The translations under genes were made by a program, and so were the position numbers. The notes under the pieces are model-generated. The model saw nothing but the letters and a program-made list of their open reading frames with translations, had not been told where the DNA came from and made no database searches. Shown piece after piece: positions 1 through 8,133 of a stretch of 12,493 nt of DNA; position 1 is the stretch's first letter; each line of letters starts with the position of its first letter. The stretch covers positions 1-12,493 of the forward strand of contig JBNJFI010000062.1 in assembly GCA_051746725.1 (NCBI GenBank), written 5' to 3'. Origin of the DNA: Fusobacteriota bacterium (GTDB lineage Bacteria; Fusobacteriota; Fusobacteriia; Fusobacteriales; JBNJFI01).

Positions 1-27
1 AAACTTGTATTTTTTTAGGAGGGATAG

Positions 28-807
28 ATGGAATTAATAAAAATAATAATATTAGGTGTTATACAAGGACTAACAGAGTTTTTGCCTGTTAGTAGTTCAG
101 GTCATTTAGTTATATTCCAAAATATATTGAAAATGGAAATGCCAGGGGTTACACTTGAAATATTTTTGCATTTTGGGACATTAATATCAGTTATAATAGT
201 ATTTTGGAAAGATATATGGGATATAATTACATTCAAAAAAGAATATCGTAAATTTACAATGTATTTAATAATTGGAACCATTCCTGCTGGAGTTATAGGT
301 TTATTATTTGAAGATACTTTTAAACGAATATTTTCTTCTATGCTAATAGTAGGTTTTATGTTGCTTATTACCGGAGCATTATTATGGCTATCAGATCGAA
401 TTGAAAATAAGAGACGAAAAATGGAAGAGATGAACTGGACTGATGCCATAGTAGTTGGATTTGCCCAGGCATTTGCTATATTTCCTGGAATATCTAGATC
501 AGGATCTACAATTGTAGGAGGGTTATTTAAGGGGTTAGATCGTAAATTAGCAGCTAAATATTCTTTTTTGCTATCTATTCCAGTAATATTAGGAGCAACT
601 TTAATTGAAACCTTGGACTTGATTAAAAGTGGGTTAGGAGATCTAAATTATATATATATAGGAGTTGGAACTTTCAGTTCTATAATATCTGGATATTTTG
701 CAATTAAATTATTATTAAAATTAATAGACAAAGAAAGATTAAGCATATTTGCATATTATTGTTGGGGACTAGGTTTTATAATAATCACATTTAACTTATT
801 TAGTTAA
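28..807 (+). CDS. uppP: Undecaprenyl-diphosphate phosphatase (BacA/UppP)
   Basis: 259-aa hydrophobic ORF with both BacA signature motifs, QGLTEFLPVSSSGH and PGISRSGST. RBS AGGAGG at 17-22. Confidence 0.97.
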   Translation: MELIKIIILGVIQGLTEFLPVSSSGHLVIFQNILKMEMPGVTLEIFLHFGTLISVIIVFWKDIWDIITFKKEYRKFTMYLIIGTIPAGVIGLLFEDTFKRIFSSMLIVGFMLLITGALLWLSDRIENKRRKMEEMNWTDAIVVGFAQAFAIFPGISRSGSTIVGGLFKGLDRKLAAKYSFLLSIPVILGATLIETLDLIKSGLGDLNYIYIGVGTFSSIISGYFAIKLLLKLIDKERLSIFAYYCWGLGFIIITFNLFS

Positions 808-832
808 AAATAAAAATACTAAAGGGGGAAAT

Positions 833-1864
833 ATGGAGATCAGGGATATTTTAGAAATTGCAGAACAAGAAGAGGCATCAGATATTCACTTAATAGTTGG
901 AAAACCTCCAGTTATAAGAGTTCATGGAGAATTAATATCAATAGGTGATGATAAATTGATGCCAGATACATGTAAAAAATTAGTTTACTCGATTTTAAAT
1001 GAAGATCAACAAAAAGAGTTGGAAGAGCATCTAGAAGTAGATTTTTCATTTGGTATAGGTGGTTTAGGAAGGTATAGAGCAAATGTACATATGCAAAGGG
1101 GTACAGTTGCAGTTGCCTTGAGAACTATAAGTACAGAGATTGAAAGTTTTTCAAAATTAGGTCTACCAAAAACAGTTTTAGATATGACAGAAAATAATAA
1201 TGGTTTAGTATTAGTTACGGGTCCAACAGGGAGTGGTAAAAGTACTACTTTGGCTAGTATGATTGACCATATAAATGAAACTAAGGCAGAACATATAATA
1301 ACAATAGAAGATCCAATAGAATATCTTCATAGTCATAAAAAAGGTATAGTAGAACAAAGAGAGGTTAATGCAGATACAAAATCTTTTAAGACAGCCTTAA
1401 GGTATGCTTTAAGGCAAGATCCAGATGTAATACTAATTGGTGAGTTAAGAGATTTAGAGACTATAGAGGCGGCTCTAACAGCTGCAGAGACCGGTCATCT
1501 TGTATTTGCAACATTACATACCAATGATGCTGCTCAAACAATTGATAGAATTGTAGATGTATTTCCAGAAGTTCAACAAGCGCAAGTAAGAATGCAATTA
1601 TCTACAGTTTTAAAAGGGGTCATATCTCAACAATTGATACCTAGAGTAGGAAAAAAAGGAAGAGCTTTAGCCTGTGAAATTTTAGTAGGGACACCTGCTA
1701 TTTCTAATCTTATTAGAGAAGGTAAGACTCCTCAGATATATTCTATGATTGAAACGGGTAAGAGATTTGGTATGCGTAGTATGGATACTTCTTTAAAAGA
1801 GCTTTATCAAAAAAGGTTTATTAGTAGAGATGAAATGATGAAAAGAACTAAAAATTCTATGTAG
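833..1864 (+). CDS. pilT: Type IV pilus retraction (twitching motility) ATPase PilT
   Basis: N-terminal ASDIHL, Walker A GPTGSGKST, Asp box TIEDPIE, LRQDPDVILIGELRD (Walker B), His box GHLVFATLH and AISNLIRE (variant of the PilT AIRNLIRE motif). At 343 aa it is too short for PilB. RBS-like GGGGG at 824-828. Confidence 0.95.
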   Translation: MEIRDILEIAEQEEASDIHLIVGKPPVIRVHGELISIGDDKLMPDTCKKLVYSILNEDQQKELEEHLEVDFSFGIGGLGRYRANVHMQRGTVAVALRTISTEIESFSKLGLPKTVLDMTENNNGLVLVTGPTGSGKSTTLASMIDHINETKAEHIITIEDPIEYLHSHKKGIVEQREVNADTKSFKTALRYALRQDPDVILIGELRDLETIEAALTAAETGHLVFATLHTNDAAQTIDRIVDVFPEVQQAQVRMQLSTVLKGVISQQLIPRVGKKGRALACEILVGTPAISNLIREGKTPQIYSMIETGKRFGMRSMDTSLKELYQKRFISRDEMMKRTKNSM

Positions 1865-1875
1865 GAGGGACCTAA

Positions 1876-3084
1876 ATGGCTATATATAAATACAAAGCTA
1901 GAGATAGAGAGGGCCTTGCAATAACTGGAGAATTGGAAGTAGATAATGAGAAAATTCTTTCAGATGAATTGAGAAGTATGGGATATGTTTTGGTTTCTTA
2001 TGAAAAACAAGATAATCCTTTAAAAAAAGATATATTTGAAAAGTATAAAAAAGTAAAAAGACAACAGTTAGTTGAGTTTTCTATTGAAACGGCTACACTT
2101 TTAGAAGCAGGGGTTCCATTACTTGGAGCCCTTGAAGTCATGGAAGAGCAGTCTAAGGGAACTATTTTTTATAAAGTTTTAAGAAAAGTGCGTACAGATA
2201 TAGAAGGAGGAATGAGTTTTTCTCAAGCTTTAGATGAACATCCTAATACTTTTTCTAAACTATATGTAAATATGATAAGAGCTGGAGAGGCAACTGGAAA
2301 TTTAGATAAGATATTGAAAAATCTAGGAGAGTATTTGGAAAATATAGAGGCAAATCATTCTAAAATAAAATCGGCAATGATGTATCCCCTGGGAATGCTT
2401 TTAGTATCAGTAGTAGTAGTAATATTTCTTTTAACAAAGGTTTTACCAAGGTTTGCTAATATTTTTAAGTCATCTGGAATATCTTTGCCTATCCCGACAA
2501 AAATAATGCTGGGAACCTCTAATATTTTGACTGGGTATTGGTTTTATATAATATTATTTATAGGAATGGGAATATATGGAATAAAAAGATATATTAATAC
2601 GGAAAAAGGACGATATTATTTTGATTTATTTAAATTTAAAATTCCAATATTTGGAGATATAATCAAAAAAGGTGCAATCACAAAATTCACTCGTACATTT
2701 GGAACTTTATTAGAAAGTAGTGTACCAATTTTAGAAGCTTTAGATATAGTTCAAAATACTGTGGGTAATGAAGTTATATCTAAGATTATAAAAAATATAA
2801 AAGATAGTGTTACCCAAGGTGAAAGCATATCTCAGCAGATAGAATATAGTGGTATATTTCCTAAAATTGTTGGGAAAATGATTTCTGTAGGAGAAAAAAC
2901 AGGAACCATGGATAAGATGTTATTTAAAATATCTGATTTCTATGATAGCGAAATTGAAAATAAGATAAAGGGACTAACTTCTATTTTAGAACCCATAATG
3001 ATTGTTGGAATGGGACTAGTAATAGGAGTTATAGTAATGTCAGTAATGCTTCCAATGTTTGATATGATGCAATTAGCCAAATAA
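1876..3084 (+). CDS. pilC: Type IV pilus inner-membrane platform protein PilC (T2SS GspF family)
   Basis: N-terminal YKYKARD. Two T2SSF repeats (AGEATGNLD; VGEKTGTMDKML), KIKSAMMYP, LEPIMIV and a C-terminal LPMF. RBS AGGAGG (1863-1868) overlaps the pilT stop codon. Confidence 0.95.
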   Translation: MAIYKYKARDREGLAITGELEVDNEKILSDELRSMGYVLVSYEKQDNPLKKDIFEKYKKVKRQQLVEFSIETATLLEAGVPLLGALEVMEEQSKGTIFYKVLRKVRTDIEGGMSFSQALDEHPNTFSKLYVNMIRAGEATGNLDKILKNLGEYLENIEANHSKIKSAMMYPLGMLLVSVVVVIFLLTKVLPRFANIFKSSGISLPIPTKIMLGTSNILTGYWFYIILFIGMGIYGIKRYINTEKGRYYFDLFKFKIPIFGDIIKKGAITKFTRTFGTLLESSVPILEALDIVQNTVGNEVISKIIKNIKDSVTQGESISQQIEYSGIFPKIVGKMISVGEKTGTMDKMLFKISDFYDSEIENKIKGLTSILEPIMIVGMGLVIGVIVMSVMLPMFDMMQLAK

Positions 3085-3110
3085 AACTAAGATAAAAATA
3101 AGGTGGAATA

Positions 3111-4493
3111 ATGATAAAGCTAAATTTTCAAATGAGAAAGACAAGTATAGAAGAGTTTATAAGAGTTTTAATTCCTGAAGCTAAGGGAGATGAGATAACT
3201 TTAAATCTCAAAAAAGAGAGTAATATTATAAAAATTCATGCTAAAAATCTAAATAAAAGTATAACTTTTAAGTATAAAAACATAGAAAAACGACTAAAAA
3301 ATCAAATATATGTAATGGCCAAAACAGCTTTATTAAAGTTATATGAAAAAGACTATAGATGGGGTGGATTAAAAGGAGTTAGACCAACTAAATTAGTGAG
3401 AAATTTTTTGGATAAGGGATTTTCTTTTGAAGAAATCGAAGATATGTTAGAAAACTTATATTTGGTTTCTCCAGTAAAACGAAAATTATTATTAGATGTG
3501 ATAAAAACAGAACTCCCTTTTTTGAAAGATAACTTCATAAATATATATATTGGAATACCATATTGTCCATCTAAATGTGCATATTGTTCATTTGCCTCTT
3601 ACGAAAAAAGAGGTAAACCTGGCAAATATTATCCTGAATTTTTAGAAAACTTACATTTAGAAATAGAATCGATATCGAAATTATTAAAGGAAAAGGATAT
3701 AAAAATTGGATCTTTTTATATTGGAGGAGGAACTCCAACTATATTAGATTCAAAGGAGTTAGAAAAACTCTTAAGCAAAGTAAATTCTAATTTTGATTTA
3801 AATGAATGCAAAGAATTCACAGTAGAGGCTGGGCGAGTGGATACTTTAAATAAAGAAAAGTTAAAAATAATAAAAAAATATGGAGTCGATAGGATAAGTT
3901 TAAATCCTCAGACTTTCAAAAAAGAGACTTTAGAAAAAGTCAATCGTAATAGTGACTTTGAAAAGTTTAATAAGATATATAAAATTGCAAAAAAGTTAAA
4001 TTTTATAATTAATATGGATTTTATAATAGGATTAGTTGACGAGAATACAGATGATATCATAAAAACTATAAGAAAAATATATGATTATAATATCGAAAAT
4101 ATAACTATACATAATTTGGTATTAAAACGGGCTTCTAAATTATATCAAAGAGGATATGAATTAGAGGAATTAAATTATGAGAAAATAGAATTTGAGATTG
4201 AAAAATTAATTAATAAAAAAAAGATGTATCCTTATTATATGTATAGACAAAAAAATAGTTTTAAATGGGGAGAAAACGTAGGTTATACTAAAAAAAATTA
4301 TGAATCAATATTTAATATACAGATGATAGAGGAGTATCAAAGTACAATTGGTTTAGGTGGAGGGGCAATGACAAAAATAATCAAAGATGGAAGAGTTCTA
4401 AGGCTTTCTAATCCAAAGGATCCAATTGTATATATAGATGAAATACAAAAAAGGTTAAAAGAAAAGTTGAAAAAAATAGAAGAATATGTGTAA
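3111..4493 (+). CDS. hemZ: HemZ-family radical SAM protein (coproporphyrinogen III oxidase-like; true function uncertain)
   Basis: WGGLKGVRPTK, YIGIPYCPSKCAYCSF (CxxxCxxC), YIGGGTPT, EFTVEAGRVDT, RISLNPQT, PYYMYRQK and ENVGY motifs, typical of HemZ. RBS AGGTGG at 3101-3106. Confidence 0.88.
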   Translation: MIKLNFQMRKTSIEEFIRVLIPEAKGDEITLNLKKESNIIKIHAKNLNKSITFKYKNIEKRLKNQIYVMAKTALLKLYEKDYRWGGLKGVRPTKLVRNFLDKGFSFEEIEDMLENLYLVSPVKRKLLLDVIKTELPFLKDNFINIYIGIPYCPSKCAYCSFASYEKRGKPGKYYPEFLENLHLEIESISKLLKEKDIKIGSFYIGGGTPTILDSKELEKLLSKVNSNFDLNECKEFTVEAGRVDTLNKEKLKIIKKYGVDRISLNPQTFKKETLEKVNRNSDFEKFNKIYKIAKKLNFIINMDFIIGLVDENTDDIIKTIRKIYDYNIENITIHNLVLKRASKLYQRGYELEELNYEKIEFEIEKLINKKKMYPYYMYRQKNSFKWGENVGYTKKNYESIFNIQMIEEYQSTIGLGGGAMTKIIKDGRVLRLSNPKDPIVYIDEIQKRLKEKLKKIEEYV

Positions 4494-4496
4494 TCC

Positions 4497-4578
4497 AAAA
4501 AAGATTAAAGAGAAAGCATGGGGGGCATACTTTCTCTTTGATTTAATATCATGAGATAAAAAGTATCTACATGTTATT
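4497..4578 (-). ncRNA. Candidate small RNA (~82 nt) with two hairpins and a C-rich loop
   Basis: Perfect TATAAT on the minus strand (4589-4584), 5 nt upstream of hairpin 1 (4578-4545). This is followed by hairpin 2 (4539-4507) with a CCCCC loop and a U6 tail. No family recognised. Confidence 0.35.
4502..4544. terminator. Long hairpin after hemZ; probable bidirectional intrinsic terminator
   Basis: Inverted repeat AAAGAGAAAGCATG-GGGGG-CATACTTTCTCTTT (4507-4539), extendable to 4502-4544. The A6 run at 4497-4502 gives a U6 tail on the minus strand. Confidence 0.7.
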
Positions 4579-4653
4579 TGGATATTATACTTATCGAACT
4601 AAAAAAATAAAACTTTAAAAAATAATTAATAAAAATAAAACATGGAGGAAAAA

Positions 4654-4893
4654 ATGAAAAATTGGTATCCAATAATTAATGGAAAATGTGATGTATGCTT
4701 GGCTTGTGTTGTGGCTTGCCCTTTAGATTTACTCAAAAAAGAGAATGGACAAATAATATTAACAGATAGTTTAAAGTGTCCTGAAAATTGTGAAAAATGT
4801 AAAATAATGTGTCCAGAAGATGCAATATCATTTTATGATGGTACCCAGGAGAGTTTACTTAGATCTTTTTCTGGAACTTGTTCTTGTCACTAG
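4654..4893 (+). CDS. Small 2[4Fe-4S] ferredoxin-like protein (79 aa) with Cys/His C-terminal tail
   Basis: Motifs CDVCLACVVACP and CPENCEKCKIMCP; ends in CSCH. Start moved from 4642 to ATG 4654, because GGAGG (4644-4648) lies 5 nt upstream of 4654 and 4642 has no RBS. Confidence 0.88.
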   Translation: MKNWYPIINGKCDVCLACVVACPLDLLKKENGQIILTDSLKCPENCEKCKIMCPEDAISFYDGTQESLLRSFSGTCSCH

Positions 4894-4914
4894 ATATTAT
4901 AATAGGAGGAAATT

Positions 4915-7900
4915 ATGAGAAAAAAATTAATAAAAATAACGGTGATGATATTTTTTATAATATTTAATATGTCATTTAGCTTTAACTTTGGAACGATAAC
5001 AACTGAAAATGGAATATCCAGTGATGAGGTTATGTGTGTAACTCAAGACAATAATGGATTTTTATGGATTGGTACAAAATCTGGATTAAATAGGTATGAT
5101 GGTTATAAATCTAAGATTTACACTCAAAATAATGGGCTACCAGATAACTATATAAATACTCTATATGTTGATAATGAGGATAATTTGTGGATAGGAACAG
5201 GAATCGGATTATCTAAGTTAAATTTAAAAACAGAAGAGATGAAGAATTTTAGCAAAAAAGATGGATTTAATGAAAATCAAATGATAATGGATATAATAAA
5301 GGGCAAAAAAGGGAATATATGGGTAGCTTCATTAAAAAATGGACTTATGAAATATGATATTTCCAAAGGAAAATTTAAGAATATAAAAGAAATATCTAAA
5401 AATGGAACCAGTTTAGCTCAGGACAGAGATGGTAATATATGGGTAGGAACATATGATGGTTTATATATGATAGATAATAATGAAAATATAATCAAAAAAG
5501 GTTCTGAAATATTATTGGATAATTGGATTCAGGATATAATGATTGGTAATAAAGAAAACACTATTTGGATAACTGCTAAAGATAAAGGAATATCCGAATA
5601 TAATTATACAAATAATCAAATAAAACATTATGATATAGATAAAAATAATGAAAATTATAATATAAATAGTCTTATTCGTACAATAGATCAAGACAAAAAA
5701 GGGAATATATGGGTAGGAACTGCTACCAAGGGCCTTCTTTTATTGGAAAAAGGAATGGATATTTTTTCAAGATATTATTATCAACCTAGAGATGAAAATT
5801 CTCTTCCTGGAAATGCAGTTGTTGATTTATATATTGGAAATCAAGATATAGTTTGGCTGGCTACTAATGGAAATGGACTAGCTAAATATGATGAAGCTAA
5901 AAATAAATTTATATTATACAAAAATAACCCAAATAATCCAACTAGCCTCCCTAAAGGAAAGGTTACTGCAACTTATAAAAATAATCAAGGGGATCTTTGG
6001 GTTGGATTATATGATAATGGAGTTGCTAGGTTAAAAAAAGGAAGTACAAAGTTTGAACATTTCACCACAGGTACGGATTCTAAAATAAAGATAAGTGCAG
6101 ATAGAATATTTGATATTCTAGAAATAGAAGAAGAAAATGAATTATGGATAGGCAGTGTAGGTGGAGGTTTAGATATAATAGATTTAGAAACCGGAGAAAA
6201 GAAAAATTTTAAAGATGGAGTAGGTGGATTTGTAGCTGAAAATAATACAGCTTTCAGGATTTTTCAGGATAGGTCGGGGATAATTTGGGTTACAACCTAT
6301 TATTCTGGACTAAATAAATATAATAGAAAAACTAATACATTTAAAAATTATCAACATGATCCCAAAAACGAAAATAGTTTGAGTCATAATACCATAGATT
6401 CTATCTATCAAGACAGTGATGGTTACATGTGGTTGGGAACGGATAATGGATTAAATAAATTTAATATTCAAACAGAAAAGTTTACTCGGTTTTATTATGA
6501 AGAAAGTAATTCAAATAGTATATCTTCAAATATTATAATTTCTCTAAATGAAGATAAAGACAATAACTTATGGATAGGAACATATAATACTGGAATAAAT
6601 AAAATGAATTTAAAAACAGGAAAAATTACTAGATTCGGAAAGGAGATAGGTTTACCTGATTTGGCAATATTAACAATACTATTTGATGAAAGTGGAAATA
6701 TTTGGATGGGAACTAAAGATGGGCTCTGTAAATTCAATCCTGAAACTAAGTCTTTTCAACATTTTACAAAAGAAGATGGATTGCAAGGAAACCAGTTTTA
6801 TTTTAATACAGAATTTAAGGATGATGAAGGGTATATGTATGTTGGGGGAGTTAAAGGATTAAATAAATTTCATCCGGAAAATATAAAAAGAATACAATAT
6901 GACCCTGATATTAAGTTAACTGAATTTTCTACTATAAATAGAGAGATAAGAGGGATCGAATTTAGAGATAAAGTTGAATTAGATTATAATGAAAATTCTT
7001 TCAAAATAGGATTTTCTGCTTTGAACTTTAGCAGAGGAACTCAAAGGTATAGATATAAAATTGTCGGTGAAGAGGATACTTGGATGGATCTAGGTCGTGA
7101 GCATTTTTTGACATTTTCTCAAATGAAACCAGGTGATTATCATTTGAAAGTCCAAACAACAACAGCAAGTGGGGATTGGAGCGATAAATCTTTGGAATTT
7201 ATCATATCAGTAAATCCACCAATCTGGAGAACGTGGTGGGCATATTTAATCTACATATTTATTTTTATAGGAATTTTTATGAGCTGGAAAAAAATAGAAG
7301 ATGATAAAAGAGAAAAAGAATATCTAAAAAAGAGAGAAAAAGAGGTAGAAAAATTAGCAAGGAAAAAGCAAGAATTTACTGCAAAGCTAGTACATGATAT
7401 TAGATCTCCAATTGGTGGAATATTGGGAACTATTGAATTATTAGAAGCAAAGGATAAAGAAGGAAAATATGGAAAATATTTTAATATGATAAAAAGTTCA
7501 GGGGGATTATTAATGACGATTGTAAATAATCTTTTGGACTTAGAAAAGTTAAAATCTAATGAAATGCAACTCCATATAACTCCAGTAGACTTAATTAAAA
7601 CTATAAATGAAGTTATAACAATGTATGAATTAGAGGCTGAAAATAGAGGATTAAAATTATACTTTGAAAATAATACAAATTTAGAGCAAAAGATATTAGG
7701 GGATAAATTTAGAATAAGACAAGTTCTTATAAATTTAGTTCAAAATGCAATTAAATTTACATATGAAGGTTCAGTAGGGATAACATTAAATCAAAAGCAA
7801 AAAACGGAAGAAAAAATAATCTTAGAATTAATTATAAAGGATACAGGAGTGGGTATTTCAAAGAAAGATCAAAAAGAGTTATTCCATAAATTCACTCAAG

Positions 7901-8061
7901 TTAATAAAAAAGCTTCAGAATTATATGTGGGAAGCGGATTAGGATTGAATATAGTTCAAGAATTAGTCGATTTAATGGGAGGAGACATTACTTTAAAAAG
8001 TGAAGTTGATAAAGGAACACGATTTATCATAAACTTGGAGTTTCCATTAAATAAAAATTAA
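4915..8061 (+). CDS. Sensor histidine kinase: signal peptide, two-component-regulator beta-propeller repeats, Y_Y_Y domain, one TM, HisKA and HATPase; no receiver domain
   Basis: Repeated blades (QDNNGFLWIGTKSGLNRYDG, DRDGNIWVGT, DSDGYMWLGTDNGLNKF), YRYKIVG...KPGDYHLKVQ (Y_Y_Y) and PPIWRTWWAY plus TM. H box LVHDIRSP (His827), N box NLVQNAIKFT, DTGVGI and GSGLGL. RBS AGGAGG at 4904-4909. Confidence 0.93.
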   Translation: MRKKLIKITVMIFFIIFNMSFSFNFGTITTENGISSDEVMCVTQDNNGFLWIGTKSGLNRYDGYKSKIYTQNNGLPDNYINTLYVDNEDNLWIGTGIGLSKLNLKTEEMKNFSKKDGFNENQMIMDIIKGKKGNIWVASLKNGLMKYDISKGKFKNIKEISKNGTSLAQDRDGNIWVGTYDGLYMIDNNENIIKKGSEILLDNWIQDIMIGNKENTIWITAKDKGISEYNYTNNQIKHYDIDKNNENYNINSLIRTIDQDKKGNIWVGTATKGLLLLEKGMDIFSRYYYQPRDENSLPGNAVVDLYIGNQDIVWLATNGNGLAKYDEAKNKFILYKNNPNNPTSLPKGKVTATYKNNQGDLWVGLYDNGVARLKKGSTKFEHFTTGTDSKIKISADRIFDILEIEEENELWIGSVGGGLDIIDLETGEKKNFKDGVGGFVAENNTAFRIFQDRSGIIWVTTYYSGLNKYNRKTNTFKNYQHDPKNENSLSHNTIDSIYQDSDGYMWLGTDNGLNKFNIQTEKFTRFYYEESNSNSISSNIIISLNEDKDNNLWIGTYNTGINKMNLKTGKITRFGKEIGLPDLAILTILFDESGNIWMGTKDGLCKFNPETKSFQHFTKEDGLQGNQFYFNTEFKDDEGYMYVGGVKGLNKFHPENIKRIQYDPDIKLTEFSTINREIRGIEFRDKVELDYNENSFKIGFSALNFSRGTQRYRYKIVGEEDTWMDLGREHFLTFSQMKPGDYHLKVQTTTASGDWSDKSLEFIISVNPPIWRTWWAYLIYIFIFIGIFMSWKKIEDDKREKEYLKKREKEVEKLARKKQEFTAKLVHDIRSPIGGILGTIELLEAKDKEGKYGKYFNMIKSSGGLLMTIVNNLLDLEKLKSNEMQLHITPVDLIKTINEVITMYELEAENRGLKLYFENNTNLEQKILGDKFRIRQVLINLVQNAIKFTYEGSVGITLNQKQKTEEKIILELIIKDTGVGISKKDQKELFHKFTQVNKKASELYVGSGLGLNIVQELVDLMGGDITLKSEVDKGTRFIINLEFPLNKN

Positions 8062-8078
8062 AGAAATTGGATTTAGGG

Positions 8079-8107
8079 TTGACAAAAAGCCTAAATTGTA
8101 ATATTAT
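8079..8107 (+). promoter_or_regulatory. Sigma70-type promoter of aroF
   Basis: Perfect TTGACA (8079-8084), 17-nt spacer, TATTAT (8102-8107). RBS AGGAGG at 8120-8125. Confidence 0.8.
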
Positions 8108-8133
8108 ATAAGGACAAATAGGAGGCGATAAAA

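Noticed and set aside
2410..2421. (GTA)4 microsatellite in pilC, and the TA run near 649-660 in uppP, as phase-variation tracts
   Set aside because: Both are short, in frame and encode TM residues (VVVV; YIYI). They are expected in AT-rich DNA.
4518..4541. Mini-ORF ATG GGG GGC ATA CTT TCT CTT TGA (MGGILSL) as a leader peptide
   Set aside because: It has only 7 codons, no convincing RBS and no regulatory codon run, and it is buried in the hairpin.
4642..4653. Upstream ATG start for the ferredoxin given by the ORF track
   Set aside because: No RBS precedes it. The GGAGG overlapping it is correctly spaced for ATG 4654.
4878..4903. TATAAT at 4898-4903 as a promoter for the propeller kinase
   Set aside because: There is no properly spaced -35, and it abuts the RBS, so a transcript would lack the Shine-Dalgarno sequence.
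4990..6900. Recurrent motifs as a CRISPR array or diversity-generating repeat
   Set aside because: They are degenerate protein-level propeller repeats inside one ORF. There is no fixed repeat-spacer periodicity and no cas or reverse transcriptase gene.
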